64,000 nucleotides of DNA from Candidatus Bathyarchaeia archaeon (GTDB lineage: Archaea > Thermoproteota > Bathyarchaeia > Bathyarchaeales > Bathycorpusculaceae). Numbering within the stretch: the stretch's first letter is position 1; every line of letters begins with the position of its first letter. Under the pieces are notes generated by a model, which had not been told where the DNA came from, did no database searches, and saw nothing but the letters and a program-made list of their open reading frames with translations. Where the stretch lies: assembly GCA_050010755.1 (NCBI GenBank), contig JBEKKK010000001.1:1216001-1280000 (forward strand), read 5' to 3'. Position numbers and translations under genes: made by a program. This document shows, piece by piece, positions 19,580-29,855 of this stretch.

Positions 19580-20104
19580 TCAGTGTTCTTTTCGAGTCTT
19601 CAACTTTTGCTTTGCAGCAATTTTCTTAACAAAATCCTTCAATACGGCGTCTGATCCCAGAACAATCAGGTGCTCATTGTTTTGAGCTTTGCATGAAAGG
19701 TTTGATTCCTTTGCAAGGCTTTTCAGTTTTTCTAAGGACAATTCTTTGGTAGGTGTGAGGCGAATCCACTTCCTTTCTCCAGTCACGCCGGAGACGAAGT
19801 TTGTTTCCTCCTCCTGTTCGTCAACCATTTTTCGGCCTGCTTCATTTACTTTCTGAAGCCATTCATCGACGTATTCTTGGCCGAACTTTTTCTGTCCCTC
19901 AGAAATCAGGTAGGATTCAACGTGTGTGAGGTACTCATCAATTTTCTGGGAGTTCTCCCCGCAGGCTGGGTCAGCTCTTAAAATCTTGATTATCGTCCTT
20001 GCGCTTTTCAAGTCGTCGATTATGTCGGCTGGGACAGCTACTTGGTTTTTCTTGAAGTCAGTAACCATTTCTTCCAGCACCTTCCAGACAGCGAGGTTTC
20101 CCAT
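19580..20104 (-). CDS. Conserved archaeal protein (DUF2096-like)
   Basis: AVWKVLEEMVTD..K....VP..I..DLKSARTII pattern; ATG at 20104. Confidence 0.65.
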   Translation of the reverse strand: MGNLAVWKVLEEMVTDFKKNQVAVPADIIDDLKSARTIIKILRADPACGENSQKIDEYLTHVESYLISEGQKKFGQEYVDEWLQKVNEAGRKMVDEQEEETNFVSGVTGERKWIRLTPTKELSLEKLKSLAKESNLSCKAQNNEHLIVLGSDAVLKDFVKKIAAKQKLKTRKEH

Positions 20105-20211
20105 GGACAGGTTCACTGTTCCGTTATGGCTAGATGATTTTACATATAGGAATCGTCGCATTAAAATAAAAGGAATGGAGGCTTGCGAGCTGTTCAGGAG
20201 CTAGATCGGGC

Positions 20212-20760
20212 TTAGGTGGATGCGCGTTTTCCAAATCTCTCTTCGTAGACTATTTGGCGGAGTTCTTTTCGTTCTTTTTTGAGGACGTCGAATTTGGCGT
20301 GTCCAATCGGAAGAAGCGCTATCACATGATGTTTTTTCGGGATTTCTAGAATTTTTTTGACTTTGGTCTCAGCCGAGTTCTTCTGGTCTTTCAAATCAAG
20401 GACACCAATCCAAGCGGTTTGCAATCCTAGGCTGTGAGCGGCGAGGGCCATGTTTTGCGTGGCTGTGGCTCCGGCTTCGGCAAAGTGGTAAGGGTCTTCT
20501 TCCGTGTTAACGGTGATTGCGATGCAAACTGGTGCTTCTTTCAGTCCCTGTACAAAAGCGGTGGGAACTACCTCGCTCAATTGTTCCTTCGTTTTGGGGT
20601 CTTTTATGACCGTGAAGCTCCAAGGTTGCTTGTTAAGCCACGAAGGCGCCCACCGTCCAGCCTCAAGGACGTCTTGAATCATGCTTTGTTCTAGATCGGT
20701 GCTTTCGAATCTGAGGGTTGTTCTCCTTTTCTTGATTGCGTCCAAAACTGGGTTGTCCAT
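20212..20760 (-). CDS. Nitroreductase family protein
   Basis: AIKKRRT..F, EAGRWAPS..NKQPW.F, QNMALAAHSLGL. Confidence 0.9.
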   Translation of the reverse strand: MDNPVLDAIKKRRTTLRFESTDLEQSMIQDVLEAGRWAPSWLNKQPWSFTVIKDPKTKEQLSEVVPTAFVQGLKEAPVCIAITVNTEEDPYHFAEAGATATQNMALAAHSLGLQTAWIGVLDLKDQKNSAETKVKKILEIPKKHHVIALLPIGHAKFDVLKKERKELRQIVYEERFGKRAST

Positions 20761-20986
20761 GGTTCTCTCATCTTCTTAGTATCTGGTTGAGATCGTATTT
20801 TATAAGCTTTGCAGTTCTCATCTGGTGTGTTAGACGAGTCTTGTTTCTGAGGGAATATCACTTCTGTAAAAGAGAGGTTTTTGACTTGTCTCATGGGTTG
20901 ATTGAGAGAATCTGTGATTATGCTTTTGAATTCATAAACGTTTAATCTTTCCGACAGATAGTTGATGGTTGCAGGGTGAATAATCT

Positions 20987-21205
20987 TTGAGCGAACAAAT
21001 CCTTCAGGCTTGCATAGAATTGGTTGACGATGCAAAGCAGGGTTGCGCTGATTTGGTTTTCAAGGAAGTTTGTCTCGAAATCCTTTCAAGGGCAAGTCAC
21101 GTTTTGACGGAGCGTCAATACAAACAGCTGGTTGTTTACACGTCCGAAAGAATGAAAGAGAAAATGAGCTTTGAACTTCGACAGGAATTCGCTTTGAACA
21201 AGTAG
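20987..21205 (+). CDS. Small helical hypothetical protein
   Basis: GGGTGA RBS before TTG; 72-aa ORF with protein-like composition filling an intergenic gap. Confidence 0.65.
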   Translation: MSEQILQACIELVDDAKQGCADLVFKEVCLEILSRASHVLTERQYKQLVVYTSERMKEKMSFELRQEFALNK

Positions 21206-21351
21206 AACATGGCTTTGCTTCGACGCTGATATTTCGGCATCATCCGACGCATTTCAATTTTAGGCTAAGCCGTATACCGCAATCTCACCCTGCCTCGTCT
21301 TTTTGGCAGTTTTTTGTTACGGGAAGATTGAAAGAGCTACCTCGTCGAGGC

Positions 21352-21837
21352 TTAGCTGAGCTTGTATCCGATTTTTCGCAGAAATTTCTTCCTTTCTTTG
21401 ATGTTCTGGTCGGTTTCGATGCCTTTGCTCTTGGTTCCGTCTATTACGCCCAGGATTCCTCTTCCTTGTTTTGTTTCTGCGATGATGATTTCTAGAGGGT
21501 TTGCCGTTGCGGCGTAGATTGTGCAGACTTCTGGGACGTTCTTGATCTTGTCTAGGACGTTTATCGGGTATGCGTTCTTCAGGAATATTATGAAACTGTG
21601 TCCGCAGCCGATTTCTAGGGCGGTTTTTGCTGCGAGTTGTCTCAGCTCTTCATCGGTTCCTTCATGCCTTACCAGGCAGGGGCCTGAGCTTTCGCAGAAG
21701 CCTATGCCGAACTTTATGTTTGGAGCGGCGTTGACCAGCGCTTCGTACAGGTCTTCCACGGTCTTGATGAAGTGTGCCATGCCCAGAATCACGTTGCAGC
21801 CTTCTCGGGCTTCAACCCTGACGGTTTTGTACTCCAA
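21352..21837 (-). CDS. Adenosine-specific kinase / DUF355 family protein
   Basis: [45 protein letters not shown]. Confidence 0.88.
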   Translation of the reverse strand: MEYKTVRVEAREGCNVILGMAHFIKTVEDLYEALVNAAPNIKFGIGFCESSGPCLVRHEGTDEELRQLAAKTALEIGCGHSFIIFLKNAYPINVLDKIKNVPEVCTIYAATANPLEIIIAETKQGRGILGVIDGTKSKGIETDQNIKERKKFLRKIGYKLS

Positions 21838-22132
21838 CTTTAGTATTCTCCAGTCAGTTCTTGCTAATGTTATTACTTCTTAATCTGCATTGTTGAGTTT
21901 GGCTTTGCAGCCTCTGGGGGCAGAGAATTGTGTCAGACTCTATAATCATTGATGAGGCTCGAAACCTGTTCGTGCAAACGGCAGCGTCGCCCAAAGGGCC
22001 GCGCAATATAGAAATGCGACTGAAGACTGTCCTTCGGTTGTGAGAAACTTGATGTTTTTCGCTGGGGCCCTCCGGTCTCTGTTGGTAACAATTGTGGTAA
22101 TGTTGTGTGGTAACAGATCATGAGGTGTGGTG

Positions 22133-23230
22133 TTAGATTAGGAATTTGCTGTTTTTGTAGAAGGGTTTGTCGTCTGCTTGTATTTCTGCGTCTTTTTTCA
22201 TGTCTTTTAGTATGTCCCAGTGTATTGCTGACTTGTTTTTGCCGCCTGATTCTGGGTAGGAGTTTCCTAGGGCCATGTGTATTGTGCCTCCCATTTTTTC
22301 GTCGAAGAGCATGTTCTTGGTGAATTTGGTTATTCCGTAGTTGGTTCCGATGGCGGTTTCTCCGAGGCGTTTTGCTCCTTCTATGTTGAGAAGTTTTTTG
22401 AGAAGCTCGTTTCCCTTGGCCGCCGAGGCTTTTGTCACCTTGCCATTTTTGAAGGTGAGTTTTATATCTTCGACTTCTCTGCCTGAGACTATGCCTGGGT
22501 AAGTGAACCTTATGGTGCCGTTCACGGAGTTTTCAACCGGTGCTGTGAAGACTTCTCCGTCTGGCATGTTTTCTTTTCCGCTGCAGTTTATCCATTTTCT
22601 GCCCTTCACGTTGAACGTTAGGTCCGTGTCTTCGCCGATTATGTGAATCAGGGTTGTTTGGTTTAGGAAGTCGCAGATTTTCTGTTGTTGTTTGTGCACT
22701 TTTTTCCATTCTTTAACGGGATCTTCTTTGTCTATCATGCAGCTGCTGTAAACGAAGTTCTCGTATTCTTCTAGTGACATAGCCGCTTCCTGTGCTTGAG
22801 CATCTATCGGGTAGGGCAGGCCTGTCCACCTCAGCTTTTTCTCTTCGACGCGTTTGAAGAAGATGTCTGACAGCTCCCTTCTTGAAGCTGAGGCCGTCTT
22901 TATCTTGTCTGGGTCTATGTTTGAAAGTGCTTTTGGGTTGGGTTCGCAGAATATGCCTATGGTGACGTCAATGTTCTGGATCATGAATCGTTCGAAGGGT
23001 GATAGAAATTTCAGCTGATGAGGTTTTGCGTGTTTGTAAAAGGTGTATCGAAGGTTGAGGTCGGCAATCACGGTTGGATAGGCGTCGCACAAGAGGCATT
23101 CTCTGTACAGCTCGTTGATTAGAGGAGAAGCCTGTGCAGTTCCCTGTATGAGGACTTTCTCGCGTGGTTTCACGTCGACGCTATAGTGGACGGAGAGCCG
23201 GGCGAGTTTCTCGATTCTTGGATCGACCAT
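22133..23230 (-). CDS. Aminopeptidase, M29 (AmpS/PepS) family
   Basis: NMPDGEVFTAP, LFDEKMGGTIHMALG, NKSAIHWD. Confidence 0.93.
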   Translation of the reverse strand: MVDPRIEKLARLSVHYSVDVKPREKVLIQGTAQASPLINELYRECLLCDAYPTVIADLNLRYTFYKHAKPHQLKFLSPFERFMIQNIDVTIGIFCEPNPKALSNIDPDKIKTASASRRELSDIFFKRVEEKKLRWTGLPYPIDAQAQEAAMSLEEYENFVYSSCMIDKEDPVKEWKKVHKQQQKICDFLNQTTLIHIIGEDTDLTFNVKGRKWINCSGKENMPDGEVFTAPVENSVNGTIRFTYPGIVSGREVEDIKLTFKNGKVTKASAAKGNELLKKLLNIEGAKRLGETAIGTNYGITKFTKNMLFDEKMGGTIHMALGNSYPESGGKNKSAIHWDILKDMKKDAEIQADDKPFYKNSKFLI

Positions 23231-23515
23231 TTGCCGCACCGCTCAGAAAATCTTGAAACCAGCACATCATATTTAAGGGCTTTCCCCATCGAGAGGACCA
23301 GGTGATCACAGGTTCCTGCTTGTCATTTTTCAGGTTGCAGTTTGACCCTCTTTTCTTGTTTAACGCTCGAAAAAAGTGCTTAATAGTCACTACAGACTCG
23401 AATCCGCACGGCAAGATTTCTACGACAAGTTTTATAAGTCTCTGAGGCTTGTGATAATTGCGTCGTGCAAGAAGCGATTTTTGCACAAACCAAGCAAAGG
23501 AGTTGAAATCGTAAA

Positions 23516-23662
23516 ATGGCAGAGAAGGAGATGCACAAGGCAGTTTGCGCTGATTGTGGAAAGGAATGCGAAGTTCCATTCAAGCCTGACACAAGCAGAC
23601 CAGTATACTGCCGAGAGTGTTGGTCCAAGAGAAGAAACACAAACACGAGAAGAAGATTCTAA
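23516..23662 (+). CDS. CxxC-x17-CxxC small zinc-ribbon protein (48 aa, not in ORF track)
   Basis: MAEKEMHKAVCADCGKECEVPFKPDTSRPVYCRECWSKRR; GGAG RBS; T-rich terminator downstream. Confidence 0.9.
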   Translation: MAEKEMHKAVCADCGKECEVPFKPDTSRPVYCRECWSKRRNTNTRRRF

Positions 23663-23863
23663 ATCAAGCTAACAGCTTTCTAGAAAACGTCTTTATTCCT
23701 CTTTTCTTTTTTACAGTGTACACAATTTAGTTTATGTTTTGTTCAATTTGCTCCAGAGACACGGCATGGGTTTCTAGTTGAGTGTTTGAGTTCTGCCCTG
23801 GAAAGCGTGAGACCGAAAGCTCTAAATTTCTTGACGTTCGTGTTCAGTAGAGCAAGTGGAGAC

Positions 23864-23937
23864 GGGCCGGTAGTTCAGTTGGTATGAACGCCTGACTTGC
23901 ACTCAGGAGGTCTGGGGTTCAAATCCCCACCGGTCCA
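23864..23937 (+). tRNA. tRNA-Ala(TGC)
   Basis: Acceptor stem GGGCCGG/CCGGTCC-A with G3:U70; anticodon arm CCTGA-CTTGCAC-TCAGG; T arm GGGG-TTCAAAT-CCCC; no intron, no encoded CCA. Confidence 0.97.
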
Positions 23938-24137
23938 TTCTAATCTAGAAACAGAGCAATTACAAGCCGTATTTACTTCCATGTTTTTGCTTCCATCATT
24001 TACTTCCATAGCTCCAACTTTATGATAGAGATAGACACGCTTGCCGTCCTTGAACCCTTGATAGTGCTGGATTCTGGAACTATTCCCTCTCTGTTGCAAG
24101 AGCCTTCGACATGACAAACTGGACATAGAGTTTTCAT
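23875..24137 (-). pseudogene. Frameshifted small Cys/His protein reading antisense into the tRNA
   Basis: GGAGGT RBS, ATG overlapping upstream TGA; MKTLCPVCHVEG, then a 1-nt shift into LQQRGNSSRIQHYQGFKDGKRVYLYHK. Confidence 0.55.
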
Positions 24138-24450
24138 TGGTTTACCTCCTGATTGCTTTCACTTGACGGCTTTAGGCGGGAAATCGAGTTTTCAATATTT
24201 TGGAGGATGGACGTGAGAACTATAAAGAACGTAGCTTTATCAGAATCCTTAAGAGGTTTGTTGCCCGTATCAGGTATGCGTGTGTGCCTAAAAGCTTTGT
24301 ACACACTGTCAAAAGCCAAGATGATTTCTTCAACCGTTCTGCTGACAGAGCCATAGCCAGAACCTTCATTGTAGTCCCGCCCCGCAGAATCATAGCCGCT
24401 CTTGGGGTCAAGTAAACTGATATTGGGGTTCGCTTTTCTGATTCAGACAT
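24134..24450 (-). pseudogene. Ribbon-helix-helix-like regulator broken by a 5-bp duplication
   Basis: KRTPISVYLTPRAAMILR beta-strand/helix pattern; tandem CCCGC CCCGC at 24376-24385; removing one copy restores the frame into DYNEGSGYGSVSRTVEEIILAF. Confidence 0.65.
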
Positions 24451-24666
24451 TGTATTCACATTGCATATAATAGCGCGCGCGGAAATCCCCAAGAATACCT
24501 GAATGTGGTCATCTCACTCTTCATCTTGCCTAAAATGCCAAGGTTTTGGGATATTGTTAAGCAACTAAAGAATCCGTTTCAATATTGACGAAAGAATTCA
24601 AGCTGCTGTAATACGTAATAGAAGTGCGTTCCACAATTGTTAATTCCTTAAGCTGCTTATTCTTAG

Positions 24667-26169
24667 TTGCTGAAGGGAGAGAGAGGAGTCAGTTTGTTTA
24701 GGAAGACTGTTTCTGCATTAATGCTATCTTTACTGGTAATAAGCACGTTGACATTGGCATTTAGGGTTCAAATAGTCAAGGCAGATGGTGGAACTATTTA
24801 CATTAACGCTGACGGTTCTATCACGCCAGCAGGAGCTCCCATCACAACCTCTGATAACATAACGTACATGTTCACAGGCAATATTTGCTATCCAGCTTAT
24901 TGGGGAATCATTGCCGAGAGAAGCAACATTGTGATAGATGGAAATGGGCACACGGTGCAAGGAGACCAGAGCGGGTACAATTGGCATCAAGGATTCGGGT
25001 TAAGTCTCACGGACATTAACAACATCACAATAACGAACACTACCATAGTAAGCTTTGATGTCGGAATATATCTTACCGATTCGAACAACAGTGTCGTTTG
25101 TGGAAATAGCGAAATAGATAATACTGATTATGGCATCTGGCTAGATTCGTCGTTTAACGATATAATATCCGGAAACTCCGAAACGAACAATGGATTTTGT
25201 GGCATTGAAATCTTATATTCCTCAAACAATATCGTGTCTGGAAACAATGCAGTAAATAATCAACATGGGATAGTCGTCGCTGGCAATTCAAACAACATAA
25301 TCGCAAACAACATAACAGCAAACAGTCTAAATGGAATTTCTATTGCAGGAATCGGCAACGAAATAGTCGGAAACAACATAACAGAGAATGGAAACGGCAT
25401 GTATGGGTACATCGGAGAGGGCATGTTGGTCGAAGAATCTTCAAACAACATATATTACAACAACTTCGTTGACAACATGTACCAAGTTCTTGATATTTCG
25501 AGGTTTTTCCCTGGCTTTACTTCCTTAATCAACAATTGGGATTCTTTCTACGCAGGAAATTACTGGAGCGACTACACGGGCATTGATGCAAATCTTGATG
25601 GGATAGGCGACTCACCCCTAGTGATATATCCGAACAACATAGATCACTATCCACTTATGAACCAAGTGCAGTGGCCACCGCTTAACATAACAGTCACCAG
25701 TGTTTTGCCTTCCAAAACTGTTTGTTACCAGGGCTCAAACATAAGTGTAAACGTCACTGTCAGGAATGGAGACTTCCCTGAAGAAGTGTGGGTCACAGTT
25801 TACAGTGAGATCAGCAACATGAGCATTGGCACATACCCAGCATGCTTGGAAATAGGACAGAGCTATACCTTCAAATTCAATTGGAACACTAAGAACGTGC
25901 AATGCCAAAATTACACATTAACAGCAGTTGCGACAATCCCAACAGGCTCGAATGCCCTTTCTGATGGGAACATAAGTGTCAGGCTAGTTGGTGACGTAAA
26001 CGGAGACGGGAGAATCGATCTTAGAGACACAGCACTGGTAGCCCGAGCCCTCGGCTCCACTCCGACCAGTGCTAACTGGAACCCATCTGCTGATATTGAC
26101 GGTGACGGCGTGGTGAACATGCAAGACATCACGCTGGTAGCCAGGCACTTCGGACAACACTACCCCTAA
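24667..26169 (+). CDS. Secreted NosD-like parallel beta-helix protein with CARDB-like domain and C-terminal dockerin
   Basis: Signal peptide, GI.L..S.NN.I.GN repeats, GNYWSDY.G.D.N.DGIGD, dockerin GDVNGDGRIDLRD / ADIDGDGVVNMQD. Confidence 0.85.
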   Translation: MLKGERGVSLFRKTVSALMLSLLVISTLTLAFRVQIVKADGGTIYINADGSITPAGAPITTSDNITYMFTGNICYPAYWGIIAERSNIVIDGNGHTVQGDQSGYNWHQGFGLSLTDINNITITNTTIVSFDVGIYLTDSNNSVVCGNSEIDNTDYGIWLDSSFNDIISGNSETNNGFCGIEILYSSNNIVSGNNAVNNQHGIVVAGNSNNIIANNITANSLNGISIAGIGNEIVGNNITENGNGMYGYIGEGMLVEESSNNIYYNNFVDNMYQVLDISRFFPGFTSLINNWDSFYAGNYWSDYTGIDANLDGIGDSPLVIYPNNIDHYPLMNQVQWPPLNITVTSVLPSKTVCYQGSNISVNVTVRNGDFPEEVWVTVYSEISNMSIGTYPACLEIGQSYTFKFNWNTKNVQCQNYTLTAVATIPTGSNALSDGNISVRLVGDVNGDGRIDLRDTALVARALGSTPTSANWNPSADIDGDGVVNMQDITLVARHFGQHYP

Positions 26170-26269
26170 CCCCTATTCCTAATTTACAGAAATCTTAAAT
26201 CTGCACAGCTTTCAATCTTTGGCAGTTTGACTTCTGCTTTGTTGATAAAAAAAAGAAAACGGAAGAGAC

Positions 26270-26911
26270 TCAATCGTTTCTAAGATATACATAGAAGTCG
26301 AAAGTTGCCCAAACGGGTGTTGTGGTGGTGCTAAATAGGTCAAAAATGAGCGTGCAGTATGGAGCTTTTGTTTCATACATAGTTGCTATCTGTGGGTCGT
26401 ACCCAGTACTCGTTCCTGATTGATATATTGTGCCATTATTGTTATTACCGAGCAATTCGTGGCAGTAAGGAGTGGGAAGAGAATATGTTGCTTTCCAGTA
26501 CAAACCAGCTAGTGCAATAGTGGCGTTATAGTTTCCGATGCTCGCATTTTGAGGGGAAAAAATAATCTCCATACTACTATATCCCGAACAATTCACTTCA
26601 CTATTCCAACTACCAGAATAACCACCCCCACCTACTGGAGCAAATGTAAAATTCAATATGCCATAATCTTCGCAACTGTATTGGTCTCCCCAGTTTGTCA
26701 CGTTTACATTCTCCGTTGGGTCTCCTGTTCCGCCAAATGCCCTTGCTTCGAGTGCTATGTCTTTCATGTCTATCTTTCCATCGTGATTGAGGTCATAGAA
26801 AGGATTGTAATTGCTTGAAGTCTGGCTTTGTGTGGGTTTCACCAAGAACAGCATTGCTGTCAAACAGAAAGTAATCAGAACAGCGATAATCAAATCTCTA
26901 TTTTTTACCAT
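26270..26911 (-). CDS. Secreted protein with a single dockerin-like Ca-binding repeat
   Basis: GGAGGTGA RBS; signal peptide; YNPFYDLNHDGKIDMKDIALEARAFG. Confidence 0.78.
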   Translation of the reverse strand: MVKNRDLIIAVLITFCLTAMLFLVKPTQSQTSSNYNPFYDLNHDGKIDMKDIALEARAFGGTGDPTENVNVTNWGDQYSCEDYGILNFTFAPVGGGGYSGSWNSEVNCSGYSSMEIIFSPQNASIGNYNATIALAGLYWKATYSLPTPYCHELLGNNNNGTIYQSGTSTGYDPQIATMYETKAPYCTLIFDLFSTTTTPVWATFDFYVYLRND

Positions 26912-27092
26912 TATATCACCTCCCCCTTTCTCCTCTAGGATACACTGTTTGTTAGTCTCTTCTGACTAAAGACTTTGTGGAAAACTGTTCTATAAGCAAT
27001 ACGATGATGAAAAATTCTCCGGACTAAGCATTGCCCTATGGAAGACTGTTAAGTTTTATAAGGCGATTTAACCATTTCCACTAACTGGGGGG

Positions 27093-27608
27093 TTGACTTT
27101 GGATAGATTTTGTCCCAGATGTGGCAAAGCAATTCATGATGATGCTGCGGTTTTCTGTCCTTACTGTTCTGCGAGCTTGATACCTGTGTCGCCACCCGTG
27201 GTAGCTGTGAAAAGGTCTGGTTTCCCTATAACTTCGGGTATCTTGACAATCATTGCGGCTTGCATAACCATCATCATTGGCATAATCGGAATTCTAGTGT
27301 TTGCGGTTGATTTTAACAATTATTACTACTATGGTCCACTTTATCAATGGGTTATCATTGGAATCTTCGGTATTCTCGGTTTTGCATTTGGATTGACGGG
27401 AGGAATATACTCGTTGAAAAGAAAACACTTTGCAATTTCAGTAGTCGGGACGAGCTTTGTACTCCTCTCTGGATTTGTCACGATGATATCTTTGGGAACA
27501 GACCAATATGGAGATTGGGGGGTTGGTTTGGTGTTTGGATTGCCCGTGATTCTTCTTTCAATTTTGGGCATCATTTTTCTAGGAGTATCCAGAGGAGAGT
27601 TTGCTTAA
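27093..27608 (+). CDS. Zinc-ribbon membrane protein (about 4 TM)
   Basis: FCPRCG...FCPYC followed by four hydrophobic segments. Confidence 0.8.
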   Translation: MTLDRFCPRCGKAIHDDAAVFCPYCSASLIPVSPPVVAVKRSGFPITSGILTIIAACITIIIGIIGILVFAVDFNNYYYYGPLYQWVIIGIFGILGFAFGLTGGIYSLKRKHFAISVVGTSFVLLSGFVTMISLGTDQYGDWGVGLVFGLPVILLSILGIIFLGVSRGEFA

Positions 27609-27619
27609 CAAGGGCTTAG

Positions 27620-27796
27620 TCAATTTTGAAGTTTTTCGCCACACATTGGGCATTTGGCAGGATAGTTTCCTTTCATCTCCATCTTCACTTCACAGAGGAA
27701 GCAGATGCAAATATTACATTTTGGACAGTGACCATATCCTCCTCCAATACGTTTGCCACACATGTCACATAGTCTTGTCATGCAACAATCAACCAT
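27620..27796 (-). CDS. Small Cys-rich zinc-binding protein (58 aa, 10 Cys)
   Basis: GGGTGA RBS; MVDCCMTRLCDMCG..GYGHCPKCNICICFLC...KCPMCG. Confidence 0.75.
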   Translation of the reverse strand: MVDCCMTRLCDMCGKRIGGGYGHCPKCNICICFLCEVKMEMKGNYPAKCPMCGEKLQN

Positions 27797-28057
27797 CAGA
27801 TTCACCCTTCCCAAAAGGGGCTAGGGATGTTTTAAGGTTAAAAGGAATTTGTCAACACGACACCTTTGAGAAGTGGAGAGAGTCTAAGGTTAAAGTAAAT
27901 CTTGTTCGTTGTCTTTCGTGCGTCCAACTAGCCTCCAACACTATGTCGAAAGTGCAGAACAAAAAAAGGCTCAACTTGGCTCTCTTTTGTTTTCTTATAG
28001 TCACGATTTCAATTGAGGATTCCTTCCAAAAATCATAAGTATTGATTCAATCAACCT

Positions 28058-29752
28058 ATGAATTATGCGTGGAAGGGACATAGGATGCGTAGAGTTGTTT
28101 TAGTTTCGCTCACAGTTCTTTGTTTGCTTTTCGTATCGTCAATAGCGGGATTGGTTCAGGTAGTTAGGGCTGATATTGGAACCATCTACATTAACGCTGA
28201 TGGAAGCATAAGCCCATCAACTGCTCCCATCTATACCACAGATAGTATCAATTACACTCTAACTGGCAACATTACCACTGATGTTGACGGAATTATGATT
28301 GAGAGGGACAACATCGTTTTTGATGGCGCAGGCTTCACCATCAGTTCTTTTGGGGTCTACCTTGACCAAGTGACTGGCGTGACAATCAAGAACATAAACA
28401 TAATCGGCTATGATTATGGCATCCACCTCCTGTCCTGCTCCAACACTAACATTATTGATAGCAACGTCTCCTCACACGTCCAAACACCTCAAAACCCAGG
28501 AGATGGAATCTACCTTGAAAACAGTTCCAACAATAACGTTGCTGGCAACAACGTTGGACCAAACATGGCAACTGGGATATATGTAGATTCGTCCTCTAAT
28601 AATGATAGCATCATCAACAATAGCCTCGGAAACAACTATGATGACATTTGGCTCAACACCTCCTCTGGAAACATGGTCAGTGGCAACTACGTATGGGGAG
28701 GTGAGAGATTTGGCGTCAAGCTCGCAGATTCATGCAACCACAACGCCATAACGGACAATACCGTGCTTTACAACAATGATGAAGACATAAGCCTAGACAG
28801 TTCGAATTATAACATGTTGTCTGGTAACAACGTAACAGGAGGTAGTGTAGGCATCCATTTAGACAGTTGTATCAGTGACACCCTGCTTAACGACAGAATA
28901 ACAGACACGGCTTATGGTGTCCTCCTTGGGAGTTCCTCCTACAACGCCTTGATTGACAACAACATCACATATTCCAGCGTTAGCGCGATACATCTCGCCC
29001 TTTCCTCCAACAACACGTTGCAAGACAATGACTTGGCAGATAACACCAATGGCATTTATCTAAATCCTTCTTACAACAACACTTTCTGTGGTGGCGAAGT
29101 TTCGAACAACGAGTACGGCGTCCGACTTACGTATGACTCTTCTGGCAACGCATTTTATCGCATGAACTTTGTTAATAATACAATCCAAGCTATTTGCGGC
29201 CAAAATGCAAATGTGTGGGATGATGGTAGGGAAGGTAACTACTGGAGTGATTATAATGGAACTGACAACAATCAGGACGGAATAGGAGATACACCGTACG
29301 TCATTGATGAAACCAACGCAGACCATTATCCTTTGATGGGGGCGTTCTCAGACTTCAACGTTGCACAGGGTGCTGATGTTCAGGTTGTAAGCAATTCAAC
29401 GGTTTCTGATTTCCAGTTCAACAGCACAGCTTTATTGTTCGATGTTACTGGCGAGAATGGCACGACGGGCTTTTGCAGAATAAGCTTTCCAACAGCATTA
29501 ATCAACGGAAACCTAACAGTCTTCGTCAACGGAACAGAAGTACCCTACAATCTTCTGCCAGAGTCTAATAGTACTGAAAGCTATCTCTACTTCACTTACA
29601 GCCACTCAACAAAACAGGTCACAATTATCCCAGAGTTTCCAACATTCATCCTCTTTCCCTTATTTATTATAGCTACGCTAATAGCAATAGTATTTTGCAG
29701 AAAGCCATGTCTTACAAAAGGCTCTAGTCAAGCTGAAACACAGAAATCTTAA
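28058..29752 (+). CDS. Secreted NosD-like beta-helix protein with PEF-CTERM-like C-terminal anchor
   Basis: Beta-helix repeats, GNYWSDYNGTD...DGIGDTPY, C-terminus IIPEFPTFILFPLFIIATLIAIVFCRK. Confidence 0.85.
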   Translation: MNYAWKGHRMRRVVLVSLTVLCLLFVSSIAGLVQVVRADIGTIYINADGSISPSTAPIYTTDSINYTLTGNITTDVDGIMIERDNIVFDGAGFTISSFGVYLDQVTGVTIKNINIIGYDYGIHLLSCSNTNIIDSNVSSHVQTPQNPGDGIYLENSSNNNVAGNNVGPNMATGIYVDSSSNNDSIINNSLGNNYDDIWLNTSSGNMVSGNYVWGGERFGVKLADSCNHNAITDNTVLYNNDEDISLDSSNYNMLSGNNVTGGSVGIHLDSCISDTLLNDRITDTAYGVLLGSSSYNALIDNNITYSSVSAIHLALSSNNTLQDNDLADNTNGIYLNPSYNNTFCGGEVSNNEYGVRLTYDSSGNAFYRMNFVNNTIQAICGQNANVWDDGREGNYWSDYNGTDNNQDGIGDTPYVIDETNADHYPLMGAFSDFNVAQGADVQVVSNSTVSDFQFNSTALLFDVTGENGTTGFCRISFPTALINGNLTVFVNGTEVPYNLLPESNSTESYLYFTYSHSTKQVTIIPEFPTFILFPLFIIATLIAIVFCRKPCLTKGSSQAETQKS

Positions 29753-29765
29753 ATCTGCGCGCGCT

Positions 29766-29855
29766 AATCCCAACGCAGACATCAACAACGAGGGCGCAGT
29801 TAACATGAGAGACGTCGCACTCGCGGCCAGACACTTCGGACAACACTACCCATAA
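29766..29855 (+). pseudogene. Orphan dockerin second-repeat fragment
   Basis: Translates to NPNADINNEGAVNMRDVALAARHFGQHYP*, matching the C-terminus of 24667-26169; no start codon. Confidence 0.75.

Noticed and set aside
21949-21965. Hammerhead-like TTGATGA-GGCTC-GAAAC
   Set aside because: C3 is replaced by T, stem II is only one pair, and no convincing stems I/III or cleavage triplet were found.
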